This document shows, one piece after another, positions 1-8,600 of a stretch of 64,000 nt of DNA. The DNA is from an uncultured Lachnospiraceae bacterium. GTDB lineage: Bacteria; Bacillota; Clostridia; Lachnospirales; Lachnospiraceae. The notes beneath the pieces were generated by a model. The model was not told the DNA's origin. It made no database searches and saw only the letters and a program-made list of their open reading frames with translations. Within the stretch, counting starts at the first letter, position 1. Each line of letters opens with the position of its first letter. Both the position numbers and the translations under genes were made by a program. The stretch is from positions 1,048-65,047 of the forward strand of contig CALFCS010000190.1 in assembly GCA_937950565.1 (NCBI GenBank), read 5' to 3'.

Positions 1-324
1 TGTGATATAACTGGTTTTAAACTCTGTCATAGGATACACTACCATTTCCAGGTTATACCGGTCACTGATTCGTCCCTCTGTTCTTTGATATTTCGCACAG
101 GATTCCTTCATTACTTTTTCCATGGATATAAGAACCCGGATATTCGCATCCAAAGCTTCCCTGCTTTTTACAAGTTCTGCTCTCACAGGTTCGGTATAAG
201 ACATATATTTTATTTTTGATTCTGCCTGTGTGATTTCATCACGCAGCAGGCGAAGCTCCATAATCTGCCAAAGCAGCCGTTCTCCGGTCGCCTGCATATG
301 CTTAAAGTCCATTTTCATTTCCAT
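1..324 (-). CDS. Partial CDS. Only the N-terminal 108 aa are visible and the gene runs off the window start. Helical protein, possibly another T7SS substrate.
   Basis: Open frame from ATG at 324 (MEMKMDFKHMQATGERLL...) with no stop before position 1. It is absent from the ORF track because it is truncated. Its helical N-terminus ends in KYQRTEGRI, which resembles YYRNADNRI in the N-domain of the 695-1666 protein. Confidence 0.45.
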   Translation of the reverse strand, partial: MEMKMDFKHMQATGERLLWQIMELRLLRDEITQAESKIKYMSYTEPVRAELVKSREALDANIRVLISMEKVMKESCAKYQRTEGRISDRYNLEMVVYPMTEFKTSYIT

Positions 325-326
325 AT

Positions 327-716
327 CTATTCCATCACCATATAAATTCGCTCACCATCTCTTGCCCCTTTACGAACTTGTTGCAAAAGAAGTTTTCTTG
401 TAAAGAAAACATAATAATCCTCTGGTTCCTCTGTTGTCATCTTTAAAACCGAATAGACTTTACTCGGCTCTTTTTGTATAGAAATAATTCTTTTCACTCC
501 AGCCAGATAACATTCTTCCGCTAAACTTTCAGCTGTTCTTTTATCACATTCAAGTAATTTGCTTATTTCACCTGCCACATTCAGATCCCCCACTATCTTT
601 TCCTCCTTATTTTCTTCTTTATTATCCTCTACCTTCTCACGGCTGTTACTGCAGCCTGCAAAAAGACAAATACTCATTAACAACAACACTCCAATTACCT
701 TTGCCCGGCAAACCAT
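327..716 (-). CDS. Small lipoprotein, candidate immunity protein for the upstream HExxH protein
   Basis: Signal peptide plus lipobox (LLLMSICLFAGC). A GGAGGA RBS lies 9 nt upstream of the ATG. It overlaps the 3' end of the upstream gene by 22 nt. Confidence 0.6.
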   Translation of the reverse strand: MVCRAKVIGVLLLMSICLFAGCSNSREKVEDNKEENKEEKIVGDLNVAGEISKLLECDKRTAESLAEECYLAGVKRIISIQKEPSKVYSVLKMTTEEPEDYYVFFTRKLLLQQVRKGARDGERIYMVME

Positions 717-1666
717 CTTGCATCTTCCTCCACACTTTGCTCCTTATATGCCCTATAAGCTTCTTCAGCATCCATCCCTTCTTCCATAAATTCATCAACC
801 CCCTTATAGCCATCAAAACTATTTTGCCACGACTGTATTGTCTCTTCTGTAACTACAAATTGTTCCGGATGTTCACATGCCGCATTTTGATATGCATGCC
901 GCATTTCATGTACAACTGTACTCAGCAATTCATATGAATCCTTAACACCATTTTTCCCTCCATTTTCTATTACCCATTCATTAATCCTTACTAAATGATA
1001 TCTCTCAGAATATGAACCCGATACATATCCATCTGGAGTACCCTCACTATATGTAAAATAAATCTCCCCTATTTGCAATCCCATGACACCTGCTACTTCT
1101 TGAAGATAGTCATTCAAAATTTCCTTTTTTTCTTCTGTAGACGCATTTTCCCAGGTCTTTTTAGAATAACGTTTCTTTTTTAAAATTGTAGAGATTTCAT
1201 TTTTCATATACTTGTCCATCTCTTTTTGCTGAGCATTTGTAACCGCTTTCCCTGGAGTCCGCACCTGCTTTTCTGCTTTGATAATCCCCCACGAAACAAA
1301 AAGACTTCGTATTCCCTGACAAATCCCCTCAACAAAAGATTCATTACCGGAATTGTTCTCAGTATTTTCCTGCATTTCTTTGACATTCGCATTCACTGAT
1401 AAAATGCGATTATCAGCATTCCGATAATATGAACTGATTTTTTCCAACGCACCTGACAGACTCCGCATCCCAAGTGCTTCATCCATTACATTCTTTTCAA
1501 TATGCATCAATACACTATTGATTCGATAAGAAGAACTCCCCATTCCTATTATATTTCTTCTTACGGATAATACTTCCTGTTGAACTTGATTTAATTGTAT
1601 CGCATAATGAGACAAAACTTCAACGGTATTTTCTATATCCGAAAGCTTTACACTAAACTCTGCCAT
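695..1666 (-). CDS. Putative T7SS-secreted toxin: N-terminal helical targeting-like domain fused to a C-terminal HExxH zinc-metallopeptidase-like domain
   Basis: 323-aa ORF with an AGGAGGAG RBS. It has an HEMRH motif (VVHEMRHAYQ) in the C-terminal half. The helical ~100-aa N-terminus sits directly downstream of the WXG100 genes. Confidence 0.6.
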   Translation of the reverse strand: MAEFSVKLSDIENTVEVLSHYAIQLNQVQQEVLSVRRNIIGMGSSSYRINSVLMHIEKNVMDEALGMRSLSGALEKISSYYRNADNRILSVNANVKEMQENTENNSGNESFVEGICQGIRSLFVSWGIIKAEKQVRTPGKAVTNAQQKEMDKYMKNEISTILKKKRYSKKTWENASTEEKKEILNDYLQEVAGVMGLQIGEIYFTYSEGTPDGYVSGSYSERYHLVRINEWVIENGGKNGVKDSYELLSTVVHEMRHAYQNAACEHPEQFVVTEETIQSWQNSFDGYKGVDEFMEEGMDAEEAYRAYKEQSVEEDARWFAGQR

Positions 1667-1669
1667 CTT

Positions 1670-2374
1670 CTACTCCTCCTGATAAACCATCCGAATTGCA
1701 TTTCCATGAATTGGGGCAATGCATTTTGTAATCGTATTAACATATATCTCTTTATCAGGTTTAACGATATGCACCTTTCCTTTTGACTCCTTTATCAAAA
1801 CCTGTTCTTTTTCATCCGACAAAACAACAATACTGATTTTTTTGTCTTTCGCCAATTCTTTACCCCACATCTCCCATTGATACTTAAAGCCTTTTTTCAA
1901 ATAACAATCTATATACTTTTCTCCATCCTCCAATGTATACTCACCTATCTCTACTGCATCTCTATTTAAAAATGGAGTATGCAGATTTGCCACTTTACCA
2001 ATCGCCAATGGAAGATATGGCACCCATATAAGTTCGTAGTTCTCATCTCTTTGTTCCACTATTCCTATCACATCATTTAAGAAATAAATTACGGTTTTTG
2101 ACAATATTACATCTTGTCGTAAATTTTCCATTATAAAATATCCATATGGATTTGCTGCTGTGATTAATATCAATTCTAATGTAGAATTTATCGCATACTT
2201 CTTATGTTGTTCTGAATAAATGTAGCCCTTTTCACATAGTGTTCTCAAACATTCTTTTGCAATTTCTTCTGTCTCTATAACAGACTTTTCTCCAAATCCA
2301 CATAACCCTTGAATGTCCTCAAACATTAGCAAAAATCTTAATTCTTTATCTGTAATCTGAAATACCCTAGCCAT
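1670..2374 (-). CDS. Uncharacterised T7SS-locus protein; its N-terminal ~70 aa are paralogous to the 4465-4890 protein
   Basis: 234-aa ORF tightly packed in the operon. ITDKELRFLLMFEDIQG...EEIAKECLRTLCEKGYI aligns by eye with LTFDEVRILLHAMEVTK...DEIIRAMHHMSEAGII. Confidence 0.6.
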   Translation of the reverse strand: MARVFQITDKELRFLLMFEDIQGLCGFGEKSVIETEEIAKECLRTLCEKGYIYSEQHKKYAINSTLELILITAANPYGYFIMENLRQDVILSKTVIYFLNDVIGIVEQRDENYELIWVPYLPLAIGKVANLHTPFLNRDAVEIGEYTLEDGEKYIDCYLKKGFKYQWEMWGKELAKDKKISIVVLSDEKEQVLIKESKGKVHIVKPDKEIYVNTITKCIAPIHGNAIRMVYQEE

Positions 2375-2393
2375 TTTTAATCCCTTCTTAAAT

Positions 2394-2696
2394 CTAATAC
2401 GTCCTCTTACGCGCCAGCTCCCTTGCCCGCATCTCTGCCCGGTATGTTCGCTCTGCAGATGAGCGGATTACGGATGCTGTCCTTGATAATTCTCTTGCCA
2501 GACTGCTTATCTCACTTTTCATTTTTTCGCCTTTCTGCATATAAGCGTCTGCACTGTCACCCTTCCAATTCCCGGAGAGTTTCTGCAGTGTATCATTCAT
2601 CTGCCCCGATGCCAGACGGGACAAGCGCTCCGCCTGCTCTGAGAGTCTGTCTGCCTGTCTTTTTGCCTGTATGTAATTCCACTCGATATAATCCAT
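2394..2696 (-). CDS. WXG100-family protein (class ending in ..RTY)
   Basis: 100 aa, two-helix composition, central W-x-G (GNWKGDSADAY). The C-terminus is ..AERTYRAEM..KRTY. Confidence 0.75.
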   Translation of the reverse strand: MDYIEWNYIQAKRQADRLSEQAERLSRLASGQMNDTLQKLSGNWKGDSADAYMQKGEKMKSEISSLARELSRTASVIRSSAERTYRAEMRARELARKRTY

Positions 2697-2712
2697 ATAT
2701 GCATCTCTCCTT

Positions 2713-3039
2713 TTACAGAATTACGTCTGCCGGTAAATCTCCTGATATCCCTTTTGCCTCTTCTTCTGCCCCGGTATACACCTGAGCCATCGACTTCAAA
2801 TCTGCCGCATGCTCCGAAAATCTCTGGAAGATTTCATCTACCGTTCCCTTCATCTCCTGGTAAGACGCCCGGTGTGCCTCCGCCGCATCTCCCTGCCAAT
2901 AGCCAGAAGAACGATTTACTGCAGCCTCGATATTTGCAAAACGGTTTCGGATATCGCCTACCGCCTGCTGCACTTCCTCTGCTCCTGTAAGCAATGCCTG
3001 CGGCGATGCCTTAATTCTGATATTCTCCATTGCCCGCAC
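2713..3039 (-). CDS. WXG100-family protein, EsxA-like (start could be GTG 3039 or ATG 3030)
   Basis: ~105 aa with W-x-G (SGYWQGDAAEAH). The C-terminus GDLPADVIL parallels LSADVII of the 3432-3746 paralogue. Confidence 0.8.
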   Translation of the reverse strand: MRAMENIRIKASPQALLTGAEEVQQAVGDIRNRFANIEAAVNRSSGYWQGDAAEAHRASYQEMKGTVDEIFQRFSEHAADLKSMAQVYTGAEEEAKGISGDLPADVIL

Positions 3040-3075
3040 CGACCTTTCTTTTCATTCTCACTTTTACTTTTATTT

Positions 3076-3378
3076 CTATACCCGAATAGAGGCAATCGCC
3101 TGCTGCACCGCATTTTCACATTTCTGATATTCCTTTTGTGCATACTCCATTGTCCCTATATATTTTTCAAGTTCATTTTCAAATTCCTGTACAAATTCAT
3201 AATCTGTATTAAACTGCGCCATAAATGCATTATGTGCCGGTCCTTCCCACATAGCTCCGAGATTAACCATCTTTTCCTGAAGCTGGCTAATCCCGGAATG
3301 GACCTTCTCTAATTCAGATTGTATTGTCTGCCTGTCCCTTTCCAAAGACACAGTATCAATTTCAATATAATCTGCCAT
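3076..3378 (-). CDS. WXG100-family protein
   Basis: 100 aa with W-x-G (GAMWEGPAHNAF) and a helical hairpin composition. Confidence 0.75.
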   Translation of the reverse strand: MADYIEIDTVSLERDRQTIQSELEKVHSGISQLQEKMVNLGAMWEGPAHNAFMAQFNTDYEFVQEFENELEKYIGTMEYAQKEYQKCENAVQQAIASIRV

Positions 3379-3431
3379 CTCACGGTCCCTCTCTTCCTAC
3401 ACTTTAATATTCCACTATCACAATCTATATC

Positions 3432-3746
3432 TTATATAATCACATCTGCTGAAAGACCGTTTGCCTCTTCTGCATTTGCCATATCTGCTTCTGAATAAAT
3501 CTGTGCCATTTCCTGCAAATCTGCACTATGCTCCTGTACCATACGAATCATTCTCTGAATGTCATCTTCCAGTCCGCGGAACTTTGTAATAAATGCGGTT
3601 GCTGCCTCGCCTTCCCAGGTAGATGCCATTCCAGTAATCAGATTCAACATTTCTGCCGTAAGATTATTAATTACATTCCCCTGATTTCCAAATTCTGACG
3701 CTGTACTCGTTAATAATTGTGGTGATACCTTAATAATTCCTTCCAT
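3432..3746 (-). CDS. WXG100-family protein, EsxA-like
   Basis: 104 aa with W-x-G (ASTWEGEAATAF). The sequence is typical of EsxA (IKVSPQLLTSTASEF...). Confidence 0.85.
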   Translation of the reverse strand: MEGIIKVSPQLLTSTASEFGNQGNVINNLTAEMLNLITGMASTWEGEAATAFITKFRGLEDDIQRMIRMVQEHSADLQEMAQIYSEADMANAEEANGLSADVII

Positions 3747-3809
3747 GATTGTTCTCCTTCTCTATGTTTTCTCTATTCTTTTTTTTCCTGATATTTTTTC
3801 TACACATTC

Positions 3810-4112
3810 TTACTTATAAGTTCTCTCTGCCGCAATCTCTACGTTGGTTGCTTCTGCCTGTGCATATCTTGCCGCAATTGCCTCAAGTCTCTGTGCATAT
3901 ACTTCAACAGCATTGTAAAAATTATCCATCTGGATCTTGTCACTGCTGAACGCATTGTGGAATGTGTTTTTTGCTTCACCTTCCCACATACCATTTAAGT
4001 TTGCCTCTGTTGCCTCCAGCTCACCCACCTGGCTTTTAAACTGTGCATTTAACTGCCTGAGTGTATCCACCTTCGCTTTTAAATCATTCATTGATACGGT
4101 AAAATCTGACAT
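3810..4112 (-). CDS. WXG100-family protein (class ending in ..RTYK)
   Basis: 100 aa with W-x-G (NGMWEGEAKNTF) and an AAGGAGGAAA RBS upstream. Confidence 0.8.
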   Translation of the reverse strand: MSDFTVSMNDLKAKVDTLRQLNAQFKSQVGELEATEANLNGMWEGEAKNTFHNAFSSDKIQMDNFYNAVEVYAQRLEAIAARYAQAEATNVEIAAERTYK

Positions 4113-4238
4113 CTTTCGTTTCCTCCTTTATTTATGTTCTTGTGTCATTTCTATCTTGTGAACCCATCATAACAAACTGCCGCTGTAAATGTATTTTTTT
4201 GGACAGACGGCATATTTTCACGACCAGTGACCACTTTT

Positions 4239-4493
4239 CTACACCACCATAATCTTCCCGCCTGTCCGAAGCCCATTTTCATGCGCAGACTGTTCCTGCG
4301 TAAGCTCCCGGCCACTCTGGGTAAAGAGAAGAAGTCGCCCCGGCTCTCCCTGCAGCGGACATTGTTCTTTTCTGCATATCATTTCCGCTATCTCTTCCTT
4401 CACCTCGTAGAGCGGAACATTTTCATCTATCTGAAAATCATATTTCTTTCCCATAATCGGCACTTCAATTTCCACAATTATCACTCTGCACAT
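4239..4493 (-). CDS. esaB: YukD/EsaB-like ubiquitin-fold T7SS protein (start uncertain: ATG 4493, GTG 4484 or TTG 4511)
   Basis: Small protein next to EssC and the WXG100 genes. It has a beta-grasp-like pattern (IIVEIEVPIMGKKYDFQIDENVPL...GKIMVV). GGAGGGAGG lies just upstream of ATG 4493. Confidence 0.6.
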   Translation of the reverse strand: MCRVIIVEIEVPIMGKKYDFQIDENVPLYEVKEEIAEMICRKEQCPLQGEPGRLLLFTQSGRELTQEQSAHENGLRTGGKIMVV

Positions 4494-4890
4494 CCTCCCT
4501 CCATTTTTCAAAATTTTCTTTCTTAAATACCGTCAGCTTCAACGCTTCCTTTTTTCTCCAGAAGCGCTCGCTGACCACCACCTGTTCTTTCTTCCAATAG
4601 ACAAAGAAAGCCTGCCCATCTTCTCTTTCCGGCTTCCATACACCTGCCTGTTCCGGCTTAGACATAATCTCTAAGATCTGCCTGATATCATCTCTAATCT
4701 GAAATTTTTCTTCTCTGGCTTCGATAATACCTGCTTCGGACATATGATGCATCGCACGTATAATTTCATCTTCCCGAAAAATTTTCTCCGGCATATAGAT
4801 TCCTTCTATCTTTGTAACTTCCATTGCATGAAGCAGAATCCGCACCTCATCAAAAGTAAGAACAATTCCTTTTTCAAGCATCTCAGCCAT
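4465..4890 (-). CDS. Uncharacterised T7SS-locus protein, paralogue of the N-terminal domain of the 1670-2374 protein
   Basis: 141-aa ORF. It overlaps the LytTR gene stop by 8 nt. See the by-eye alignment given for 1670-2374. Confidence 0.6.
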   Translation of the reverse strand: MAEMLEKGIVLTFDEVRILLHAMEVTKIEGIYMPEKIFREDEIIRAMHHMSEAGIIEAREEKFQIRDDIRQILEIMSKPEQAGVWKPEREDGQAFFVYWKKEQVVVSERFWRKKEALKLTVFKKENFEKWREDVQSDNCGN

Positions 4891-5620
4891 AATCTGCCTC
4901 CCCCTTTTTCAAATACTCCTTAATTGCCGGTTTGTAGGAGCGGGACAGTGGAATCTCAAATTCACCCTGAAGCACAATCCGGTTCTGAGACAGATACACC
5001 TCCGCTATCTTTTTCTTATGGATTAGAAAGCTTCTGTGACAACGGATAAATGTCTCCTTAAGCCTTTCCTCCAGCTGGTCCAGCGTATCATAAAATCCAT
5101 ACTCTTCGGTCTCCGTATTTAAATACACCCGTTTATCTCTTGCTTCAAAGAAATAAATCCTTTCATAATCGATTAGATTTCTTCCACCACTGTTTTCCAC
5201 CACAAATACTTTCTGTTCATCCGGCTTATAAAAACGTGTCACATATACTCCAATCGCCTCCGACAATACCTCCTGAATCTGCTGTTCACTGAGAGGCTTA
5301 AGCATCAGCGACTCTGCCCCGATAGCAGGACGCATATAACTTAAGGGAGAAATTTTCGGACTGGCAATCAGTATGATGTATGCGCCCGGAGTCAGACGGC
5401 GCAGCTCCTTTACCATTTCCAGCGCACCCTTCATTGTAATATCCACACAGATAATATCCGCAGGAACTTTCTCTCGCACAATCCCTGCCAGTTCCTTCTC
5501 TGTTGCGCACTGCATCATCTTCCAGTTTTCATTTGTAAACCGCCCTGCCAGTTCCCTGGAATAATGAACAATATATTTTCTTTCCTTTTCTGATTCATCT
5601 GAAATTACCATTACAATCAT
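4883..5620 (-). CDS. LytTR-family response regulator (receiver plus LytTR DNA-binding domain) with no adjacent histidine kinase
   Basis: Receiver-like N-terminus: acidic VISDES, putative acceptor Asp in IICVDITM, and LMLKPL. The C-terminal LytTR pattern is IYFFEARDKRVYLNT...FIRCHRSFLIHKKKI. Confidence 0.75.
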   Translation of the reverse strand: MIVMVISDESEKERKYIVHYSRELAGRFTNENWKMMQCATEKELAGIVREKVPADIICVDITMKGALEMVKELRRLTPGAYIILIASPKISPLSYMRPAIGAESLMLKPLSEQQIQEVLSEAIGVYVTRFYKPDEQKVFVVENSGGRNLIDYERIYFFEARDKRVYLNTETEEYGFYDTLDQLEERLKETFIRCHRSFLIHKKKIAEVYLSQNRIVLQGEFEIPLSRSYKPAIKEYLKKGEADYG

Positions 5621-5621
5621 G

Positions 5622-8600
5622 CTATTTTTTCGCCAACGGAATCACAACTTCTACTCCATTGCCCTCCTCTTCTTCATCAGGGACATACCCCAGGCCTTTT
5701 TTCGCCAGCTTTGACTGCTGCGCATAAGAAATATTCTGGAATTGAAAGATTTTCTGTGCCACGAGATTCCCTCCCAGATGAATTCCTTTCTTATAACCGA
5801 TAAACAAATGGTATGCCCTATAAGCCGCCAGCAGCGTTTGTTCTTCCACTTTCAGGCAGCCAATAAAATAAATATGATGCAGACTTCCCTTTTCCAATAT
5901 ATTTTCCACAAATCCAGACATATTTCCCACGCCCTCATCCGGTTTATATACCATCTGCAGAAAATCACCCAGATCTGCAAGAAATATAAAAATAGGCTTC
6001 TCTTCTCTCATTTGTTTAAAAATCTCTGCTTCCTCACATCCTTCTTCCAAGAGCTTTTGCTTCTTCTTATTTCTTTTTGCAAACTCTGGCAAAAGCTCTG
6101 AAAAATACTGGAACAGCGCTTTGCTGTCTTTTACATATGACGCCCCATACTCCTCCGCAAGCTTTGGAAGTTCTGACGTACTATGTTCCACCACACAAAG
6201 GCTCCCCTTTAAAAGCCATGCACCGTGCAGGAGCATCTTTAGCATATTTGTCTTGCCTGTCCGTCCCTTGCCGGAAATAACATAACAGTAAGCCTGCATA
6301 AGATTGATGTTATAAATCTCTGCATCTTTCATATAATATCCCACAGGAAGAAATCTTTTTGTTTCTATTGACCGTTTATACCTTTCGTCTTCACTAATTA
6401 TCTTCAATGTCGGCTTTTCCGGAATCTCTGGAATCGGTGCGGCTTTAGCTCCCGTCCAGACCTCCTTCATCTGCCTGCATACAGCCTCTATCTTCTGTCC
6501 TCTCTTAAAATCATCATCCGCCGGAAGACTTAATGCTGTCTGAAACTCCAATATTCGTCCGTCCACATTTGCAAGACCTCTTCCCCGGACATCCGTCTCT
6601 GGAAGAATCCCCAGATGTGTCACCCTCAGCACTTCCATATATTTAAATTTATCTGCCTGCTCCAGGGAGAAAACAGTCCGGATATTATCCCCAATCCGGG
6701 AGGGAATTTCTGACATACCAAACCCTGCCGCCGATACAATCATAAAAATTCCATATCCCACCCCTTCTCTTGCCAGTCGGAGCAGAATATCATCATAAAG
6801 GAATTTTGTCTTTTCACGGAAAGAAGCTAGATTATCAATCACAATCAAAACAGCCGGAACGCTTACTCCATGGGCCTGTACATACTGGTTGTAATTTCCT
6901 CCCTTGAACATTGTCTTACGGGCATCCATCATCGTCTCCAGCATATGAATAAACTTCGCCAACCGCTCTTCCTGATTATCATAAATGACTCCGCCCACAT
7001 GCGGCGCTTCTTCAAATGCCGCCAGCATATGGCTGCTGAAATCAATCAGATACATCTGTAGCATGTCCGGTGCATACTTGGTCAAGAAAGAATATACCAG
7101 GCTTTGTAAAAATGTACTCTTGCCGCTGACAACAGAACCACACACTGCATGATGCCCGTCTGCCGATAACTGAACACGAAGCGGCAGCTGCGCCTGATTC
7201 TCCGGGTCATCATACAGCCCGATGACCGTATTAAGGCTCCATTTTTTCCCAGTTGTTTTTGCAGTTTCCTTCCACGGTTCTTTTTCTTCAAATGCATAAT
7301 CTTCAAATCCCGGAAGTTCCTTAAGGTGAATCTGGCTTTCCAATACTGGCAGCCATAATCTTTCAGTCTTTGAATAATGATTTTCCTTTACTACATGACC
7401 CAGATATTCAATCACCGCGTCAAGCTGTGTCTTCTCTTTCACATTACCCCGGGCGCTTCCATGGGCTTTTTTCTGTTTTCTGCCGCCTACCAGCTCTGCT
7501 TTACCAGTACGTGTCAGAAGCGCGGCTGTCTGCACAGGCTTTCCTGTATACTCCTCATAGATAGCTCCGCTGTATCCAGACTGGAACAATTCATAGATTT
7601 CGTCATTGCCCACCTGCAGATAACAGCGCCCCGCCTGTGTAAGAAATGCGGCGTCCGGTTTGTGCAGCATATCATTACTATCCTGGCGGTCCTGCACCCG
7701 CAGGCAAAGTCGGAATTTGGAATTACTCCAGATATTATCGTCAACCGTACCGCTTGGCTTCTGTGTTGCCAGAATCAAATGCACGCCCAGACTTCTTCCC
7801 ACCTGAGCAACGCTGATTAATTCCTTCATAAACTCCGGTTCTTCGCGTTTCAGCTCTGCAAACTCATCAATAATGATAAATAAATGTGGAATCGGTATTT
7901 TCGCTTCCTGGTTCTTATACAGCTTCGTATAAAGATTAATATTATTGACCCCGTACTCTGAAAACAGTCTCTGCCTCCGCATATTTTCACTTTTGATAGA
8001 AATCATGGCACGCCGCACCTGATTTCCTGACAAATTCGAGATTTGTCCGCTCAAATGCGGAAGTCCTGAGAACAGATTTGCCATACCTCCGCCTTTAAAA
8101 TCAATAATAAAGAAACTGACATCCTCCGGGCTGAAATTCACTGCCAGAGATAAAATATATGTCTGAAGCGTCTCACTCTTACCTGATCCGGTCGTCCCTG
8201 CCACAAGTCCGTGAGGACCGTGAAACTTCTCGTGAATATCCAGATAGCAGTCGGTATTGCCTGCCTTCTTTCCAACCAGCACCTTCATACTGTTGTAATT
8301 CCGGTTCTTTCTCCACCGCTCTGTCACATGCAGCTCCTCCAGCGTGTGTACACCATACATACTGAAAAAGTCCAGGGAAGCCGGTATCTCGCTTGTGCTC
8401 TCCGTCTCATTTACACGAATATTCGCAAGTACCTGTCCAAATACTGCAAGCTGCTCCGGGGATACCCGGTCCGGTACAAACGCCTGCTTTTTCTCTCCCG
8501 TATCCATCAGATTATAAAATCCCTGGAAATACTGATCATTTTCTATAATTTCCTCACATTCATTTGGCAACTCCTCCAAAGTCTCTACCATCAAAAATGT

